Part shown: piece by piece, positions 8,055-11,445 of the stretch
Numbering within the stretch: the stretch's first letter is position 1
Layout of the letters: each line of letters opens with the position of its first letter
Virus record (IMG/VR): IMGVR_UViG_3300029653_000033
Length of the DNA: 11,445 nt
Strand: one strand, 5' to 3'
Origin: a virus
Taxonomy: Duplodnaviria > Heunggongvirae > Uroviricota > Caudoviricetes
The notes under the pieces: generated by a model
What the model saw: only the letters and a program-made list of their open reading frames with translations
The model's database searches: none
What the model was told of the DNA's origin: nothing
Program-made: the position numbers and the translations under genes

Positions 8055-8936
8055 TCAGCGTCCTGAATCGGTATACCCCCATACAAAACCAGGTTGGACA
8101 CTAAGGTCTGATAGCTTTTCAATCCCCACCTGTGGAATGAAGTCGGTAGCCCGAAAGGGCACCCACAGACGGGTATACGCACCCTCTGTGGACTCCTTTT
8201 TATCCTGATTTGGGCATTTATGAGGCGGGAGACGAAGACGCATTTCACCTTTATCGATGTAGCACGGTAAACCATGTTCGAGCTTTTCATGAGCCAGTCG
8301 GATGTGTGCCGCCAGCTTCATAAATTCAGTATCAATGGCCATCCGTTTAATCGTTTCATAACGACGCTCAGCCTGATCTTCACGAGTACCGCTAACATCG
8401 TTATAAAGCTCACACTGATAAGCGAATTCCCAAAAACGCAAATCAACGATCGCTTCTTTGAATTCCGCGTCGTCTTCAGGTGGCAATGCTGCACGGCGCA
8501 TCTCCAGCATTTCCATTGCCCAACCATCAAGCGGCACGATACGCCATTGATAAGGTACTCCCTCTACAGACACCTCAATATCGTCAATGAAAGGTTCCAC
8601 TTCCAGGACCTGGATATCTTCAGCCAGAGCATTCATATCGCAATCGTAATAATGCTCTTTACCGCAATGTTTACAGGTGTAAGTGAATGTCTCGACCGGT
8701 GTTTCACGGGAGCCGGTAAATATCCACCATAACGCGGTAATCCGGTCCTGCGCCGTCCATGTCAGGGGATCATGTTTCGCGGGTTCAGCCAGCAAGGCTT
8801 TTAAATACGCCGTTGTCTGTTGTTCTTGTTCCTCCGGTGTTATCGAGTTGAAACGCATCGCATCAGCAATATTTGGCTGACGGAACTGGATCAATTCAGT
8901 TGGCCGCGATGGTAGCGGGAAAAGGGGTAAAAGCAT
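8055..8936 (-). CDS. Hypothetical phage structural/assembly protein, 293 aa, with Cys motifs
   Basis: Complete ORF. Strong Shine-Dalgarno (AAGGAG, 5 nt, ATG). Contains C-K-H-C and a later Cys pair (LPCY...HKCP), which may bind metal. Sits immediately upstream of the tape-measure gene. Confidence 0.65.
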   Translation of the reverse strand: MLLPLFPLPSRPTELIQFRQPNIADAMRFNSITPEEQEQQTTAYLKALLAEPAKHDPLTWTAQDRITALWWIFTGSRETPVETFTYTCKHCGKEHYYDCDMNALAEDIQVLEVEPFIDDIEVSVEGVPYQWRIVPLDGWAMEMLEMRRAALPPEDDAEFKEAIVDLRFWEFAYQCELYNDVSGTREDQAERRYETIKRMAIDTEFMKLAAHIRLAHEKLEHGLPCYIDKGEMRLRLPPHKCPNQDKKESTEGAYTRLWVPFRATDFIPQVGIEKLSDLSVQPGFVWGYTDSGR

Positions 8937-8950
8937 CCTTGCTCCTTAAT

Positions 8951-9562
8951 TCAAAGAGAAAAACTAAAGCCCAGAAGGGAAGCCAAAGAACTTGAGGATT
9001 GGTTAAACGTGCTGTGCAATGCGAAGGTCATTGGGAATGACTTAAATTCCGTAACCTGATCCCGCGCATAGGTGACATCGCCGGTAGTGACCGGGAATAC
9101 AGTCATCTCATTTTCCAGTTTGGTTAAGCCGGAAGACAGCAACCGATAAATACGCACATTGAGCAAATATTTAGACGGTATATTCCCGGTACCGTCTGGA
9201 TTAATCACCCGACTTTTTGCCGTCTTAAACCAGTCCAAAACGAGGCCATCAACGGTATCCCTGACCATCATTGTTATCTGCCCTGGCGAACGCTCCGTTG
9301 GTTGAAGGATATTCCCTCCGCCGATTTTAATCGTTTCATATTCGATGCTGTAATCGTGGTAGGTAATATCTTTGGCAAAGAAGTCTGCTCCCTCCAGTCC
9401 ATCAACTTCGACAGAGAACTGCCATCCTTGCGCGAAGAGCATTTTGTTCATGATGATTGACGTCAGCTTACCAACTTCCCGCTCACCAACGCCGGAGCCA
9501 AATAATGTCGTCGTTAATGCCGAAGATACATAAGACTTTACTGAAGCAACATTAAGCCCCAT
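8951..9562 (-). CDS. Hypothetical phage structural protein, 203 aa
   Basis: Complete ORF. Shine-Dalgarno GAGGGGG upstream of the ATG at 9562. Separated from the upstream gene stop by 10 nt and from the downstream gene start by 14 nt, consistent with a packed operon. Confidence 0.65.
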   Translation of the reverse strand: MGLNVASVKSYVSSALTTTLFGSGVGEREVGKLTSIIMNKMLFAQGWQFSVEVDGLEGADFFAKDITYHDYSIEYETIKIGGGNILQPTERSPGQITMMVRDTVDGLVLDWFKTAKSRVINPDGTGNIPSKYLLNVRIYRLLSSGLTKLENEMTVFPVTTGDVTYARDQVTEFKSFPMTFALHSTFNQSSSSLASLLGFSFSL

Positions 9563-9572
9563 ATCAGCCCCC

Positions 9573-10180
<608 letters not shown>

Positions 10181-10292
10181 TAGTCATTTGTTCATTGAGT
10201 AGGAATATTGTTGTCTGGGGGGTAATCAGTGTAGGTGGAATGAGGGATATGATATGGTTATCACATAATCAGGTTGTTTTGAGTAAAACAAT

Positions 10293-10319
10293 AAAACGCC
10301 CTTTAATGGGCGTTTTTTT
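10293..10319. terminator. Bidirectional rho-independent terminator (stem AAAACGCCC / GGGCGTTTT, loop TTTAAT, flanked by A and T tracts)
   Basis: 9-bp GC-containing stem followed by 7 T on the plus strand and by UUUAUUGUUUU on the minus strand. Lies 30 nt downstream of the stop of the AT-rich secreted-protein gene and marks the boundary between the low-GC cassette and the phage late operon. Confidence 0.8.
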
Positions 10320-10348
10320 AAAACTTAAATTGACTATCCTTTCAAATA

Positions 10349-11128
10349 CTATTTTAATTCTATGTAATTTTTAAATTCTCCCTCATATTTATACATGATG
10401 CTATCAAATCCTTCCATTACATCAACGAATTGTTGTGAACATTCCGGCTTCCAAGGCGTACACTTACGAACCATATCCATTTTTTTCTTATCCTTCGTTG
10501 TATCGACTAAGGATAGGTACCCTATAAAATTCATCATCTGAACAGGATCTTGATTTGTGAATATATATTTGACGTTTTGCTTAGTAGGCGAAAAAGAATC
10601 AAAAGCAGGGAACATATATTCACCAGAAAAAGAGAGTGCAGCATCAATGACGTCTGTTGCAGGAGTGCAGTTGCTCAGAATTGGCACTAAGCTAAAATTA
10701 GCACCTGAGCACACTGCATATATATCATCCCCTTTTTTTAGTTTTAACAGAGAGTCTTGCTTTGAATCCAATATTTTCAATTTGATATAATTTAGTGGCG
10801 TTGCATTTTCCCCTGGAGTAAATAACTCTACAATTGGTTTATTATTCACCATTCTTATGGATTTTATTTCACCATACACAATTGGAATTGTGTTCCATTT
10901 TTCCTGAGCAGCAAATTCATTATCTTTAAAATCATTAACCAACTCAGATGGCAAATGATAACCAAATTGATTGTTCATTGCTTTCGAAGCAAATCCAGAC
11001 AAATAGAATGCCCTTACTAAATCATAATCTTTCTTTGAGGTAGAAAGCCAATCTGGCAATTTATTATCAGCTATCGCGCTTCCAGCAAAAATAGCACAAC
11101 AAAATGTTATTACATTAAATAATTTCAT
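10349..11128 (-). CDS. Secreted protein of unknown function, ~259 aa mature-plus-signal (cargo gene in low-GC cassette)
   Basis: ORF in a markedly AT-rich region. Most likely start is ATG at 11128 (MKLFNVITFCCAIFAGSAIA-DNK...), giving a typical Sec signal peptide with an AxA cleavage site. Alternative starts are ATG at 11143 and GTG at 11161 (track). Two Cys pairs in the mature part (C-x13-C and C-x6-C) suggest periplasmic disulfides. No family recognised. Confidence 0.7.
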   Translation of the reverse strand: MKLFNVITFCCAIFAGSAIADNKLPDWLSTSKKDYDLVRAFYLSGFASKAMNNQFGYHLPSELVNDFKDNEFAAQEKWNTIPIVYGEIKSIRMVNNKPIVELFTPGENATPLNYIKLKILDSKQDSLLKLKKGDDIYAVCSGANFSLVPILSNCTPATDVIDAALSFSGEYMFPAFDSFSPTKQNVKYIFTNQDPVQMMNFIGYLSLVDTTKDKKKMDMVRKCTPWKPECSQQFVDVMEGFDSIMYKYEGEFKNYIELK

Positions 11129-11135
11129 TTTCCAT

Positions 11136-11330
11136 TCACTCATTAATCGGTTTAAACTCACTAATTAATTCACCAAGACTATTTGGGTATGCTTTATAAA
11201 TAACATACTCCGAAGAGCCATCTGAATATTGGTAAGCCCCATAACAGATCAGTTTATTTATTCCTTTCTGAATAGTTTTTTGATTATAAGAATCAACCAC
11301 TGTTATTCCATATGACGGTAATGACTCCAA
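11136..11330 (-). pseudogene. 3' remnant of a gene apparently truncated by the IS1 insertion (64-codon ORF reading out of the IS1 terminal repeat)
   Basis: This frame is open from inside the IS1 end: a stop at 11348..11346 lies within IS1, and the first start-like codon is TTG at 11330 inside the IRR. There is no internal ATG. The ORF ends overlapping the start region of the secreted-protein gene. Same AT-rich composition as the cassette. Confidence 0.45.
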
Positions 11331-11445
11331 CTTATTGATAGTGTTTTATGTTCAGATAATGCCCGATTACTTTGTCATGCAGCTCCACCGATTTTGAGAA
11401 CGACAGCGACTTCCGTCCCAGCCGTGCCAGGTGCTGCCTCAGATT
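11317..11445 (-). mobile_element. IS1 insertion sequence, right end (IRR at 11317..11339), element continues beyond the window
   Basis: Sequence GGTAATGACTCCAACTTATTGATAGTGTTTTATGTTCAGATAATGCCCGAT.ACTTTGTCATGCAGCTCCACCGATTTTGAGAACGACAGCGACTTCCGTCCCAGCCGTGCCAGGTGCTGCCTCAGATT matches the IS1 right end as I recall it (one or two differences from the canonical copy). Confidence 0.93.
11332..11445 (-). CDS. insB: IS1 transposase InsB, C-terminal 37 codons (partial, 5' end outside window)
   Basis: Minus-strand translation ...[37 protein letters not shown] with stop TAA at 11334..11332, which is the known InsB C-terminus. Confidence 0.9.

Noticed and set aside
8274-8880. Plus-strand ORFs 8274..8732 and 8683..8880, and minus-strand ORF 8318..8530
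   Set aside because: They lie within the 293-aa gene region in other frames or antisense. There is no supporting signal, and the 293-aa frame has a strong Shine-Dalgarno and operon spacing.
10557-10790. Plus-strand ORF 10557..10790 (77 aa) in the AT-rich cassette
   Set aside because: Antisense to the longer signal-peptide-bearing minus-strand ORF. AT-rich DNA gives few chance stops in some frames, so short ORFs here are weak evidence.

Overview
All coding capacity in this 11.4 kb window is on the minus strand. It reads as a tailed-phage late (virion morphogenesis) region followed by an AT-rich cargo cassette and the right end of an IS1 element. From right to left: (1) 11317..11445 is the terminal ~129 bp of IS1 (IRR GGTAATGACTCCAAC... 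plus the 3' end of insB), recognised directly from sequence; (2) 10349..11330 is a low-GC cassette holding an ORF that reads out of the IS1 end and looks truncated by the insertion, plus a ~259-aa secreted protein of unknown function; (3) a bidirectional intrinsic terminator at 10293..10319; (4) a tightly packed, translationally coupled block of nine genes (10139 down to 1446) including a 986-aa tape-measure-like protein with a soluble lytic transglycosylase (SLT) domain and candidate baseplate proteins; (5) a short intergenic region with a GC-rich hairpin and a candidate phage late-promoter motif; (6) a tail fibre gene (1434 down to 1, 3' end off-window) with two tandem ~74-aa fibre repeats and, at 61..86, a 26-bp site matching the crossover-site consensus of the Gin/Cin/Hin/Pin invertases. 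The absence of sheath and tube genes next to the tape measure, a separate tail-fibre operon, an invertase site in the fibre gene and an IS1 nearby together resemble a P1-like myovirus or plasmid-prophage; that identification is an inference and I could not run any search. No rRNA, tRNA or CRISPR array was seen. The most interesting items are the invertase site in the fibre gene and the IS1-adjacent AT-rich cargo cassette.
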